Positions 25,723 through 38,003 of a stretch of DNA of 64,000 nucleotides are shown piece by piece; within the stretch, counting starts at the first letter, position 1; each line of letters starts with the position of its first letter. Below the pieces are notes generated by a model, which saw only the letters and a program-made list of their open reading frames with translations, did not search any database and was not told the DNA's origin. The stretch is from the NCBI RefSeq assembly GCF_964355755.1, contig NC_092671.1:4960001-5024000 (forward strand), in the 5' to 3' direction. The position numbers and the translations under genes are program-made. The stretch comes from Antedon mediterranea. Its lineage: Eukaryota > Animalia > Echinodermata.

Positions 25723-26401
25723 TCACCACCACTCACTTTTCAGTATCAACAGTTTGGACTCCATTGATTTAGAAATTATAGTTTCACATGATAATTATAA
25801 TTTTTAATTATCGATTTGATGGGTTATCCAGCTCATATTCTTATTTTGATTATGTACTTGGTATATTTTACTTTACTACTACTACTAGCCTAAACTAAAA
25901 ATTGTGTCCATACGACAGTTGAAAAAAAAAAAATTACTTATAATGGTCCCTACAGTAGGCTACTAACCTGTCCTCTGAAAATATGCTTGCCGCGCTATGT
26001 TATTTCTGTTGGTTACGCTTCCCTGCACAGCATTTTACGTCATCGATCAAAAATGTCTTCCGTTTCGTGAAAAAGGCCTAGCTAGTTAGGCCTGGGCCCC
26101 TAATAAGTCTACAGTATGGGTGTTGTGTAAAGGGTGTAAAAACAATGTTTAGTCGAAGATTAGAAGAATATTTTCAGTTGTTGATGTTGCATTTTTGCCC
26201 AGTCTAGTTTCTCTTAAGAATGGCTCTAACGCATTTTGCTACTCCCTTCTCTCTTTAAGGGGCATTCACACCTGCTCCGTTTCGCGGAACGGAAGACGGC
26301 GCCGTTTCTTCCAACGTGACGCGCCCGTTCACCGTTCCGTTTTAAACATTCACACCTGTTCCGTTTTGTGACGTATTCCGTGACAACGGGCAAACGTTAA
26401 A

Positions 26402-28012
26402 ATGGCAGCCGTTTCTGGATGGTCATCGGATGATAGTGAGGACGAAATTATTCTTTCCGCTATAATTTTAGCCAAAAGAAGGAAAAGAAAATGGGTGAAG
26501 GAGGTCTGTTCAGAAAGAAAGACATTTGGTCAATTTGAAACGTTAGTAAAACGTAATCTGGCGACCAATGAAGACGAATTCTTCAATTATTTTAGAATGA
26601 CGCCTCACCAATACGGTCATCTTGTCAGTTTAATTAAAGATGATATTACAAAACGGGACACAAGATTCAGAGAGAGTATCTCCGCGGAAGAACGTTTATC
26701 CATCTGTTTAAGGTACGGTAATGCTCCGAGGTTTATTAATTAAAATTATATTCGTCTACTTAGTTGTCACCAAACTTAAATAGGCCATTGTATAGTAGTA
26801 GGTCTTGTATATGATTATAGGCAATTACGGGCATTAGGGCCTATCATTTTCACCAACATAATTATTATTAAATAATTTAATATAATACAGTTTTTGTATT
26901 TAACTCCACCAAAGTTCATGAATACGCATGAACTTAGTAGAACGTCTTACGAAGAGATTTTTACATCGTAAATAAAGGCTTTTTGAAATAATATTTTATA
27001 GGCCAAATTAGTAATACTAAATAGCCTAACTGCCGTTTACAAAGACATTGGAGTAATTTTGAAACTTGTTTTTATGTCTTGTTTTAGGTATCTTGCTACG
27101 GGTGATTCATATCCGACGATGTATTTTGCATATCGTGTTGGGAAGTCGACTATATGTAAAATTATTTCAGAAGTCTGCCAGGCGATTTGGGATAATTTAA
27201 AAAACACCTACATGGCTATTCCATCACGTAGCGATTGGAAGCAAATCGCGGAAGAGTTTAATTCGAAATGGAATTTCCCAAATTGCATTGGAGCAATAGA
27301 CGGCAAACATGTACAGATTGTAGCTCCAGATAGATCGGGGTCATTGTTTTATAACTATAAGTCGACACACTCAGTTGTGCTACTAGCACTGGTCGATGCT
27401 GACTACTGTTTTTCTTTCATTGATGTCGGGAACTACGGGTCAAACAGCGATGGCGGAATTTTCGCTAGATCCGACCTAAACCGAGCTATTACAAACAAAA
27501 CCTTGGAAGTACCAGAAGATGTCAATTTACCCGGTTCCCCAGAGCTTGGGCCAATGCCACATGTCATCTTAGGTGATGAAGCCTTCCCATTGAAAACTAA
27601 CATTATGAGGCCATATCCTGGAAAGGAACTGACCGACGAAAAGCGAATTTTTAACTACAGACTGTCGAGGGGCAGAAGAATCTCTGAAAACGTATTTGGA
27701 CAGCTGGCCGCGAAATACCGAATTTATTTTCGTGTAATCAACATGCATCCAAAGAACGTGGACAAGATCATTAAGGCAACTTGCGTACTCCATAACTACA
27801 TAAAAAAAACTTCCGACAGGAGTGGACGACTTCCTCCTACCGAAGACGTTGACCTTAGTCAATACGAAGGAATCCAGCCACTACGCCAAATAGGCAATCA
27901 TGCAGGGGTAGACGCGATGGGAATTCGTGATGCTTTCAAAGACTACTTCAATTCACCAAATGGCGAAGTTGTTTGGCAGCGAAAAGTGTGTTTTGGACAC
28001 GCCTCTATTTAA
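26402..28012 (+). CDS. Harbinger (HARBI1/ALP1-like) DDE transposase, exons 26402..26712 and 27088..28012, 411 aa
   Basis: FFNYFRM, ERLSICLR|YLATGDS, GAIDGKH, GDEAFPL, FNYRLSRGRRISENVFG; a GT-AG intron restores the frame; D, D and E residues intact. Confidence 0.93.
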
Positions 28013-28357
28013 AAATGGTCAAGTGCCGTGGCAGAGACAAGCTTGCTTTGGGCACGCCTGCATCTAGTAATGTTGCTAATCAATGCATTCAACGTCAAAA
28101 TAATTTTCAAAATAAACAAATTAAAGATTGGTTAAGTACTGTAGTTTAATATAATTATAGCTATTAAATACAATTCACATTTAATTAGACATTCAGGTCA
28201 TTCAATATCAACTCTATAAATATAATAATCTTTTGTGAAATATTATATTCACATAACAAATTTTTAAATTTGTATTAATTACATCAACTGCATATTATAA
28301 TTTTGTCAGTTTCAGACATAAAGTTTGTGGTACATCACGTATATCATATATATATAT

Positions 28358-28415
28358 ACGTTTCGATCAATATACTTTGATCGTCATGAGGATCAAAATA
28401 TATTGATCGAAACGT
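28358..28415. repeat. Near-palindrome acgtttcgatcaa...ttgatcgaaacgt, a Penelope-like terminal repeat fragment; related sequence at about 530..590
   Basis: The palindrome is seen directly; gaaacgtc.agaaactcaacag is shared with 557..577. Confidence 0.5.
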
Positions 28416-28996
28416 CAAGAAACTCAACAGTTCTTTTCAGAACCAAATACATATGGTGTACTGCAAGCTTTATGTCAACATTTGATTTTTCCAATCAAAC
28501 TGTCAAACAATATATTACTAATCTACATCTTGCATTGAATGCCCCATTTGTTAAATTGTTTTTAAATTACTTATTACATTGTTTTTGTTAATTTTAATGT
28601 TTCTTCTCTTGCAATAAATACATATGTATGTATTACAGATGTATTGTCTCCCAAAAACATGAAAAATGATGATTAATTAAATCAGACTTTAAAAAAGGAT
28701 ATTTTGTAGTTTTAATAGAGTAAATCTCTTCCATAGAAAAATAAATATGTTCACTATAAATTGACAATATAAATGGATAAATTCAACCCAAAACCCAGCC
28801 AATTTGACTATTGTTTGCTTTAAATTACAGTTTTTTCTGGTAAATCATTTCTTTTTTTCGATCCAGTTTTGTAGATACTGTAAAGTGGATAACAAATAAT
28901 AAACATTTAAATGGCAACAACAAAAATGGTAAGAATTTTTTTTCATGGGGACAATACATCTTAATACTTATACATAGCAAAATATTAATTTAAATT

Positions 28997-29107
28997 AATC
29001 TAACTTAATATTCACAGATCCAATGGTAAAGACCAAATTTGAAAGTATTAGAGATTCATTTAAGAAATGGAAAGATTCGCAAATCCTGAAAAGCGGACAG
29101 GAATTCA
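28997..29107 (+). repeat. Inverted 111-bp copy of the MADF intron 1 end and exon 2 (29804..29914)
   Basis: aatctaacttaatattcacagATCCAATGGTAAAGACC...GCGGACAGGAATTCA is the reverse complement of 29804..29914, with about 9 substitutions. Confidence 0.93.
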
Positions 29108-29118
29108 CCATGGTATAC

Positions 29119-30153
29119 TTATTCTTCATTAATTGCAATTTCTTCCTCAATTTCTAAAATTAGTTCATTCATTTTTCTCTTGACCTTGATTTGCTTTAAT
29201 TTTGGAAACCTTCTAACCGTTGCCAGGTGTGATCTAAAAAACAAAGTAAGGTCATCGGCTTCTTTTTGCTCATCTCTGGCCTTCTTTGATTGGAAATATT
29301 CCACTAAATGTTCTGCGATTTCTTCCTCTTTTTTTCTTTTATTGCAACTCGATTTTAATGTAGCTTTGGCATCTGCAGAAGCTTTAGCTACTGGAGCTTT
29401 AGCTACTGGAGCTTTAGCTACTGGAGCTTTAGCTACTGGAGCTTTAGCTACTGGAGCTTTAGCTACTGGAGCTTTAGCTACTGGAGCTTCAGCTACTGGA
29501 GCTTCAGCTACTGGAGCTTCAGCTACTGGAGCTTCAGCTACTGGAGCTTCAGCTACTGGAGCTTCAGCTATTGGGCCTTCAAAGTCAGTTGACACTGGAA
29601 TATCTGTATGTTTAGTAATGTTACTAAAACTTCTGTAAGTAAAGTTGGTTAAGATTAATTACAGTAAAAATAATAGCAACAACATTTATAACCCCACGTA
29701 ACTAAAAAAAACACACACATTAAAATCTGAACTTACTCCCGGTGTGATATATGGACTTGCAGAAATCCTAGGTGATCTGCCCACTTGTATTTTTTCTTCG
29801 CTTTGAATTCCTGTCCGCTTTTCACGATGTGGGAATCTTTCCATTTTTTGAATGAATCCCGTATACTCTCAAATTTGGTCTTTACCATTGGATCTGTGAA
29901 TATTAAGTTAGATTTAGGTTAGGTATGAATGCATTAACACAGTTTAAAACAGTAGAAACTGTTTCAATTTGTTGTTATGTAGGTATTAAATAAAATACTC
30001 ACATTCAAGTCCAACTTGCTTTCCAATAGCCTGCCAAATATCAATCTTTTTCTTATCATTCTTATAGTCTGAATTTTTCTTGTCGTACAAGACTGAATTT
30101 TTCTCCACTAGCAACAAGAGCCTTTCAATTTGATTGTCATAGTCAGAATTCAT
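29119..30153 (-). CDS. Harbinger ORF2 MADF/Myb-SANT-like DNA-binding protein with BESS-like C-terminus; exons 30153..30003, 29893..29737, 29632..29119; 273 aa
   Basis: LLLLVEKNSVLYDKKNSDYKN...IWQAIG...VKTKFESIRDSF...KSG...KYKWADHLGFL. Canonical splice sites give 822 nt in frame. Confidence 0.9.
29381..29570 (-). repeat. Coding 15-bp minisatellite, (AEAPV)6(AKAPV)6
   Basis: agctactggagctt[tc] tandem units. Confidence 0.95.
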
Positions 30154-31061
30154 GATGTGATTCTGTCACACACAAGACAAGCAGAAAAAAAAAAAGAAAA
30201 TATCAATTAGTTATTCATGAATATCTATTTTAATTTCCACATACTGTAATTATTTCAGCCTCTAATTTATATAGATTATTATTATAATAGATTAATAGGC
30301 CCAAGGTACCCTAGACTAACATACTAATTTATTAACTCTAGGCTAGGCCTAGCCTTGTTGCGATATGTTCTTTCCTGAAACTGGAATTGATCTAGGCCTA
30401 GCTAGGCAGATAGAAGTAGTAGGGCCTAGGCCTACTGTAAAAAAAAAATAGCTATAGGCCTAGTTAGGCTAGGCGGGCTAGTACTCCTAGTCTACGCTTA
30501 GCTAGGCTACTGTAATAATAATATTATAACCCTTAGTTAGTAGTTAGGTAGGCCTGTGCATAGCCCTTATTTGTATTACTATATGGTAGACCTATCTAGG
30601 CTATATAGGCTACTACTACTAGGCCTAGTAGGCCTAGGCAGGTATAGATTATTACTATTTATAAGATTAGATTATATAGTTATACTACAACAGGCGTAGA
30701 GTAGTAGTAGGCCAAGTCTAAATAGGCTAGTCTTAGTTTAGGTACATCTAGGCTAGTATAGTAAGTTACGTTTAGCCTACTTACTACTACTAGCCTAGAG
30801 GCCTAGGGCTAGGCGCCCTACAAACAGTATTAATAATAATAGAATAGGCCTACTACTAGTACTAACTAGGCCTAGCCTAGTAGTAAGTAGAGGGCCTAAT
30901 TATTAATAATTACTACAAACCTATGATGCAGACTAGAGCTAGACTACGATGACGATCTTAGGCTATAGTATTGGTGTTATAGGCCTCTAGGCTAGTATGG
31001 AAAGGGTTGCTATGCTAAGCCTACCGCGTCTCGTCCTACGGCGAGAGGGCACGAAGAATAC

Positions 31062-33396
31062 AGGTCAACCCGTACCCATGCCAACTCGTACCCACCAACT
31101 CGTACCCAAATTTTGGCTTACTCGTACCCAAAATTTTGGCTGACCCGTACCCATCATTGGCTGACCCGTACCCATCATTGGCTAGCCCGTACCCAAGTTT
31201 AATGCTATTTAAAGTATATTTATATTACATTTAAACCCAGTTTTATTAAATTTTTAGATACCAATCATATTATGTTCGATATTAATTATAATGGCAAAAA
31301 CTATTGACCTAAAAAGTATAATAATATGTACAGACTCGTACGAAAAAAGCACAGCTTTCATCGTATTTGCGTACGTCGTATTTGGTCAAGTTAATACTTG
31401 AGGGCGCTGTTTTATATGGGATGTCAGTGGTCGGCTGTGCTGCATTCTATTTTTTTTTCATTTATGAGTTATTCATCTATTATTTTCTACAAATAGTAGT
31501 ACACGGAAATTGAAATACCCACTAGTCTGTGATGATGAAAACTTGAATTATTAAAAGTAAACATGAATATCTTTTATACATAATTTGTATTTTCATTTTA
31601 TTTTACAGATAATGAAGTAATGTGCTTTTTGAAAATCGTTTTAAAACGAATGTTTTTTGTTGTTTTGTTTTGCAAGTTTTGGAAATTATTAAACTGTTTT
31701 AACATTTCGAAAATATTTAAATACATTTTTAAGTAGTCACTCGTATTTTAAAATCACGAAACTATTTAAGTGGATACCAGCCTCATTGCTGCTATGAGCA
31801 TCTTAGTAGTAGATTAGATTATTGCAGTTTATCTAGTACCTACAATGACGGATGTGAGAGTAATAATAAAAGGTAACCTCCCAATAATTTAACATTTAAT
31901 TACAAACGACGACATTTGCTGTTATTACGTTTTCATTTTATAATGATTATTACTGTATTATTAATAATGACTAAAAACCGAAATAAATACTACAAACTTA
32001 AAAAAATCATCTTATCGCTGACAGATACGTAACTCAGACACGTGTAGGGGCCTTCAGAACGTTTATATTATTTTAGTAAATAACGACATCCGTTGCCATG
32101 GAAAAACGATCGTAGTTCATTCATTTGTCTTATTTGACACATTATAGAATGCGTATTTTTTTTTAAAAGGGAATCCCTCGTCAGCAAAAACACGTAGCTG
32201 TAAGTTATTGAGGAAACATTTACCAAAAATGCTTAATTACCGTAAACAAACAGATAATTTTACTGAATTATTTCAGAAAAAAAATAAATAGAAAACGATC
32301 ATACGCCACATTGCGTTGTCTATTTTTGGACACACTAAAAATGGACCCGTACGTACAAATGCGTTTTTTTTAAATATTAAAGAGGAATCCCCATTCAGCA
32401 AAAACACGTACGTAGCTGTTATAGAAGAAAATCTGCCAACATGTTTAATAATTGCCTTACAGTACGACAGTACGTGTATATGATCATTTCACTGAATTAT
32501 TAATAAATAAAATATATGGAAAACGATCATACGTCATTACTGAGTCGTCTCTTAGACGCCGGCCCTATAAATGCGTGTTTTTTGTAATAAAAGGTTAATC
32601 CCGGTCAGCAAAAACACGTAACACGAAATCTACGAGTAATTCGACCCCATAGCCCTGCAGGCTTTTTGCTTAAAACAGGGCGTTGTTAATTCAACCAATT
32701 TTGAACATACAAATACAATAGAAATAATAATTACTTGATCGAATGTAATCAGGAAAGATAATTAGAATAAAATAAAAGAATAAAAATTGATAAGTATAAA
32801 ATTATACGTTGTTGGTACTTTACCTGGGCTTAATTGACTTGTAATACTAACTATACAACAGTTAAAATATTTTTTTATTAATTAATTTTCTCTTACGTAA
32901 ATAAAAAAGACACATCAAACATACGTTTATAAAACTATAATACTACATTTAAATAAATGTTAACAAATATATGCCTAATTAAACGAAGTCTACAATCAAA
33001 TCAATGGTCATTAATTTTTTTATTAGCACAAAAAACAATTTAAATATAAAAATATTCATACGGCAAAAGCATCCGTTTTGCGCCGATCAAATCATTACAA
33101 GTAATTATTCAAATTGGGTACGAGTAGGCCAAATAATGGGTACGAGTAAGCCAAAAATGGGTACGGGTAAGCCAAATAATGGGTACGAGTAAGCCAAATA
33201 ATGGGTACGAGTAAGCCAAATACTTGGGTACGAGTAAGCCAAATATTTAGGTACGAGTTGGCATGGGTACGGGTTGGTTTGGGTACGGGTTAGCCAAAGT
33301 GGGTACGAGTTGACCAATTATTTGGGTACGAGTTAGCCAAGTTGGGTACGAGTTGGCATGGGTACGGGTTGGTTTGGGTACGGGTTGACCAGCACC
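31062..33396. mobile_element. Foldback-like element nested in the Harbinger, with TIRs of cgtaccc/gggtacg repeats
   Basis: Left arm 31063..31195 (ggtcaacccgtaccc...) and right arm 33115..33390 (...gggtacgggttgacc); no TSD found. Confidence 0.75.
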
Positions 33397-34133
33397 CCGC
33401 GGAATAGGACTCAATGTACGCCTCCATGGAGACACTCTACTGGGCGGGAGTAATCACGTCAATTTTATGGCCTAAACAGACGATAGAAATGAATTCACTG
33501 TTTTATGCTTATTCGATAGAAAATAAACAATGAATTGATACTTATCTTTAAACTGTGATAATTAATTTGATCTTAATAATAACACACAGCATAATAAGGG
33601 TTCAACTCCGTAAATTCAAAATGTAATACAAAAAATCACTTCCCTCCATTTCCCCGCGCAAGTGATTTCCCCCACACACGATGATTGTGTCCCGAGCAGC
33701 AGCCAGCCAGCAGCTCAGCTCTTCATGACCTTCGACATATAAACACGGGCTATGATTGGTCAAATGTAGACCGTATTCCGTTCCGTTCCATCTCGATCAA
33801 ATCAAGAGCGATCTGTCCGTTCCGTTGTTTTTCACCGGCCGTTCATTTTTCACGGAACGGATTTGGTGTAAACGCTGCTATTGTTTTAACGCTTTTCGAT
33901 TTTCTAACAAAACGGCGCCGTCTTCCGTTCCGCCAAACGGAACAGGTGTGAATGCCCCTTTACTCAACATGCATGTTTTTCGTGGTATCTTTGCTTTAAC
34001 TGGAACTTAAACCCCCTAAGTTAAAGAAAATATTTATTGGAATACACTTTGCACACAAATCAATATGCCAAATTGGTTACTTTTAAATACCTCTGGCTTC
34101 AGAAAAAAAACACTATCATCATCGCGAAGCAAG

Positions 34134-37100
34134 ATGGCAGCGACCATAAAGCAAGTTCCCTTGAGTTGCAGTGGTCACACACGACCTGTTGTCCATCTTG
34201 CTTTCAGCAAGATCACTCCAGATGGTTACTTTCTCATCAGTGCCTCTAAAGGTAAAGTTGTTGTGTAATTATATATTTTTAAACTCTTGAACTTGTGTGG
34301 TGTACTGTAGTCTAGCTAGGCCAGTAGTTTTTATGGAAATAAAGAAAGAAGAGAAAGGGCCTCCTGGCGGAAGAAATTGATTTGTGGTTGACTGGTTTTG
34401 TGAAGTATGAGGGAATGGGCCTGGTCTAGGCCTAGACATTTGTTATACTGTACTTTTATTTATACGATATCTAATTACGCCTAGGCCTAGACATTTTTGC
34501 TCACAATGTTATACTTTATAATTAATACAATTTATAATAATTCATATACAGTCAACTCTCCCAATACCGGACTCTCTGAAAACCAGAAACTCTCCCAATA
34601 CCAGACTTTTTTTGAGGACCAAAAGGTCCCAAATTTATTTTTACCATTAAAAACACATTCCGAAAACCAGACTTTCCGGAAAACCAGACTTATTTGGCCG
34701 GCCCAAAGGTGTCCGGTATTGGGAGAGTTGACTGTATAGGCCTAGGCTAGTAGGCCTAGCTAACTAAGCCTAGCACATAAATCTAGGCCTAGCCTAGGAA
34801 TCCTGAATTAGTAAGGTGGGGGGGGGGGGGGGGGGGGCTAGGCTTATGGGCCGGATGTCGATGACATACAGCCTAGTAAAAAGTAGGATAACTATTATTA
34901 TATTATTAATATATATGATTTATTAGTAACCTCTATCCTGGGCTACGCCTATATTCGATTTCATTGCATAATAATAATCATAATTCAATTTTAAAATTAC
35001 TTACAGATGGCAAGCCGATGTTACGTCAGGGTGACACAGGGGACTGGATTGGAACATTTGAAGGGCACAAAGGAGCTGTTTGGAGTGCAACCTTAAATGC
35101 TGAGGCAACCAGAGCTGCCACTGGGGCTGGAGACTTTTCAGCGTATGTTCAACCAGGATTTAAGTCAAATATTAATATTAGTGAATAATTAGGAGAGCTA
35201 AAAAGCAAGGATAAATCTCAGTGACCCAACCCTCACCACAAAGCATTTAATCAGTGATTCCAGGAAGATGTAAATTAAAATAATATTTTACATCTCCCTG
35301 TTGGTGATATCCAAAAACAAGGTAGTTAATTTTTGCCAAAATTAATTTGAAAATGTTATCAAAGACATTTTCGACCACATACTGCAGTAGGGACAATTGA
35401 TGCTTGACCTGTTTTTATTGTTTTATTTTTTTTTTGACAAATAAATAAATGAAATATACAATATGTACTGAACTGTACTGTAAAGGCATTGTTCACTACA
35501 GTAGATTTGTAGTTGTACTTCCTATATGATTTTATATTACGACTAAATCAAGTTGTTCATTATTAGTTCATAATAGTTGATAAGGATATGTAATATGTAC
35601 AATAACTATTTTAGTCAGTTTTCATATAATAATAATTATAATATATTCTATGTTTGCAGGAAGGTGTGGGATTCTGTTGGTGGTTCAGAACTTTACAATT
35701 TTTCTCACAAACATATAGTCAAGGCAGTTGATTTTTCAAGGGTGAATATGTTTTAGTAGTAAATACAGTTTAGGAATGATTAGAAAAACATCAAAGTATT
35801 GTATAGTTACAATATGACATGACATTTTAAAAGAGATTTAAAAAAAACGAAAATAAAAAAAAAAAAACATTTTCACAAACTACTTAAAAATAACCCAGTT
35901 CGTAAAATCAACGATCTAAGAATTCATTGAAATCTTCTAAACTTAAACTAATTTTGTTAAATACAGTTGTATAAAAGAGGCAAATTTACTTGCAAACAAG
36001 CAATTTGCTAGTAGATTTTTCATAATTACTTGTTTTAATTCTCAGGATACTAAATTCTTACTGACTGGGAGTAATGAAAAAATATTGCGAATCTTTGACT
36101 TAAATCAACCGGAAGCAGACCCAGAGGTGTTGAAAGGACATGAAGGTAGTATCCGACATGCTCTGTGGTGTGCAGACAATAAGAGGATAATCAGTGCAGG
36201 AGAAGACAAGACAGTTAGGTATTCAAACAGGTTTTAAAATGATATTTTATTATTTATTTCTGGTTACTCCCTGTGTCCCTGCATCATTTTGCAGTTTAGC
36301 TTTGATGCTACATCCACCTGAATGAGTGTCTCATTCAAATACCTTTGGCTTATATTTTAGTACTCTTGGGTGGGCTTCTTTTCAAGATGGGCTTCTTTTA
36401 AAAATGGGCTTCTTTTTGAAATTACTTTTGCAGACCAAAAAAAGAGTGAGGGAGTGGTGGGTGTATGGAGCTTCTTTTTGAGGTTTTACGGTAGCTCATT
36501 ATAAATTTCTTGGCATTGTGACTGCTTCAGCAGTAAAAGCATAATGTTACATTATAAGTAATTGCCTCTACCAGAGAGGTATTACCACTGTCTGTCTGTT
36601 TCTATTCACAGAGTGTGGGATGCTAGCAATAAATCATTAATTACCAAGTTAGATTTTGAGAATTCATCCATCAGCCTGGAGCTGTCTCAGGATGACTCAG
36701 TTCTTGTAGTCACTCACAAGAACACAATTAGTTTCTTCAACACAGACAAGTAAGACATTAGAAAGATTTCGATTTGCGACAACTGACAATCAAACTTTGC
36801 ATGTTAATTCATGCATGCAGGGATATTGGGATGTGTTTCTTAACTCCCCATTTTGACACAGTTTTGATGGTTTCTAGGTTCAGACGATGACCGACGACAC
36901 ATTAATCAACCTCACTTAGTTAGGTCATTGATGCTCCCTATTTAAGGTTAAGTTACCAATGTGTAGTTACTTACTGTTACTCTGTTTTACTTTTGAAATA
37001 GACCCACTGCAGCCATGTATTATATTCTCATTAATTAATCACCCAAATATAAATAGTAATAATTATGCTGATTAATAAAAATTGATTGATTGATTGATTT

Positions 37101-38003
37101 TATTCGATATTCATACATAAAAGTTAAAATATACAATGTATAAAAGAGAATACCTGGATAACCCATTAAGTCGACAAAAAAGTAAACTTATTTCCAATGG
37201 GGTCCAATCCGTAATGACTGAAACGTGAGTGGTTGGGCCTAGTACAATTATCATTAAGTATGACTCAGTAAAAATGAAAAAAACAAGAAAATACATACAA
37301 GACAAGATAACATAAAAAAAACAATAGAACCTGTGTATGACTTTCCATCTATCATGCAGTTTTAGACCTCAACAATTTTTTTTAAATATACAATATCTTC
37401 TCAACTCTATACAAATATTATATAAGATATGGTTATATTTATATATAGTCCGCATTGTAGTGACGGAACACATACAGATTTTTGTTTAATTGTTGTTTTT
37501 GTTTTCATTGATAGCTTTACAAAAATAAAAGAATTGACAATCCCAACTCAACTATACTCTGCTTCTTTGCATCCAGACAAATCATGCGTAGTCGCTGGTG
37601 GAGAGGACTTCAAATTATACAAACTGGATTATGATACCGGTGCTGAGCTAGGTGAGAGCAAACATAAACCTACCTCCTCCAATTAAGGACCATTTCCAAC
37701 AAACAGTTTATTATCTTTGATTTAGTTTTTGGTGTGTAATTAGCTGTAAATAATACCGGATTCATTTGCATAATTTTGTTTTATCTAGAAAGCTACAAAG
37801 GTCATTTTGGTCCTGTTCATTGTGTACGCTACAGCCCTGATGGAGAGTTGTACGCCAGTGGATCTGAAGACGGAACTCTCCGTCTCTGGCAAAACACTGT
37901 CGGAAAAACATATGGCTTATGGAAGTGCACTGACGAAAACTGTGCGGGCGATTCCAGCGTAGCGTTGTCTTCTACACCACCATCAGTGAAAGCTGAAGCC
38001 TGA
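34134..38003 (+). CDS. STRAP: Serine-threonine kinase receptor-associated protein (WD40); exons 34134..34251, 35007..35142, 35660..35741, 36046..36218, 36612..36749, 37515..37651, 37789..38003; 332 aa
   Basis: [77 protein letters not shown]; exons sum to 999 nt. Confidence 0.96.
34549..34734. mobile_element. Tc1/mariner (pogo/Tigger-like) MITE in STRAP intron 1
   Basis: TA|cagtcaactctcccaataccggac ... gtccggtattgggagagttgactg|TA. Confidence 0.88.

Larger units (their letters stand above)
26258..33959. mobile_element. PIF/Harbinger DNA transposon, apparently full length (7.7 kb)
   Basis: ~50-bp TIRs AGGGGCATTCACACCTG.TCCGTTT.GCGGAACGGAAGACGGCGCCGTTT (2 mismatches); TTA TSD at 26255..26257 and 33960..33962; convergent transposase and MADF genes; subterminal TCCGTT motifs. 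Confidence 0.95.

Noticed and set aside
25441-25767. ORFs with LRNFKLRK / AQFEIAQ repeats on both strands
   Set aside because: Translation of palindromic MITE repeats.
34817-34837. Poly-G run in STRAP intron 1
   Set aside because: Simple homopolymer of unreliable length; no further support for function.
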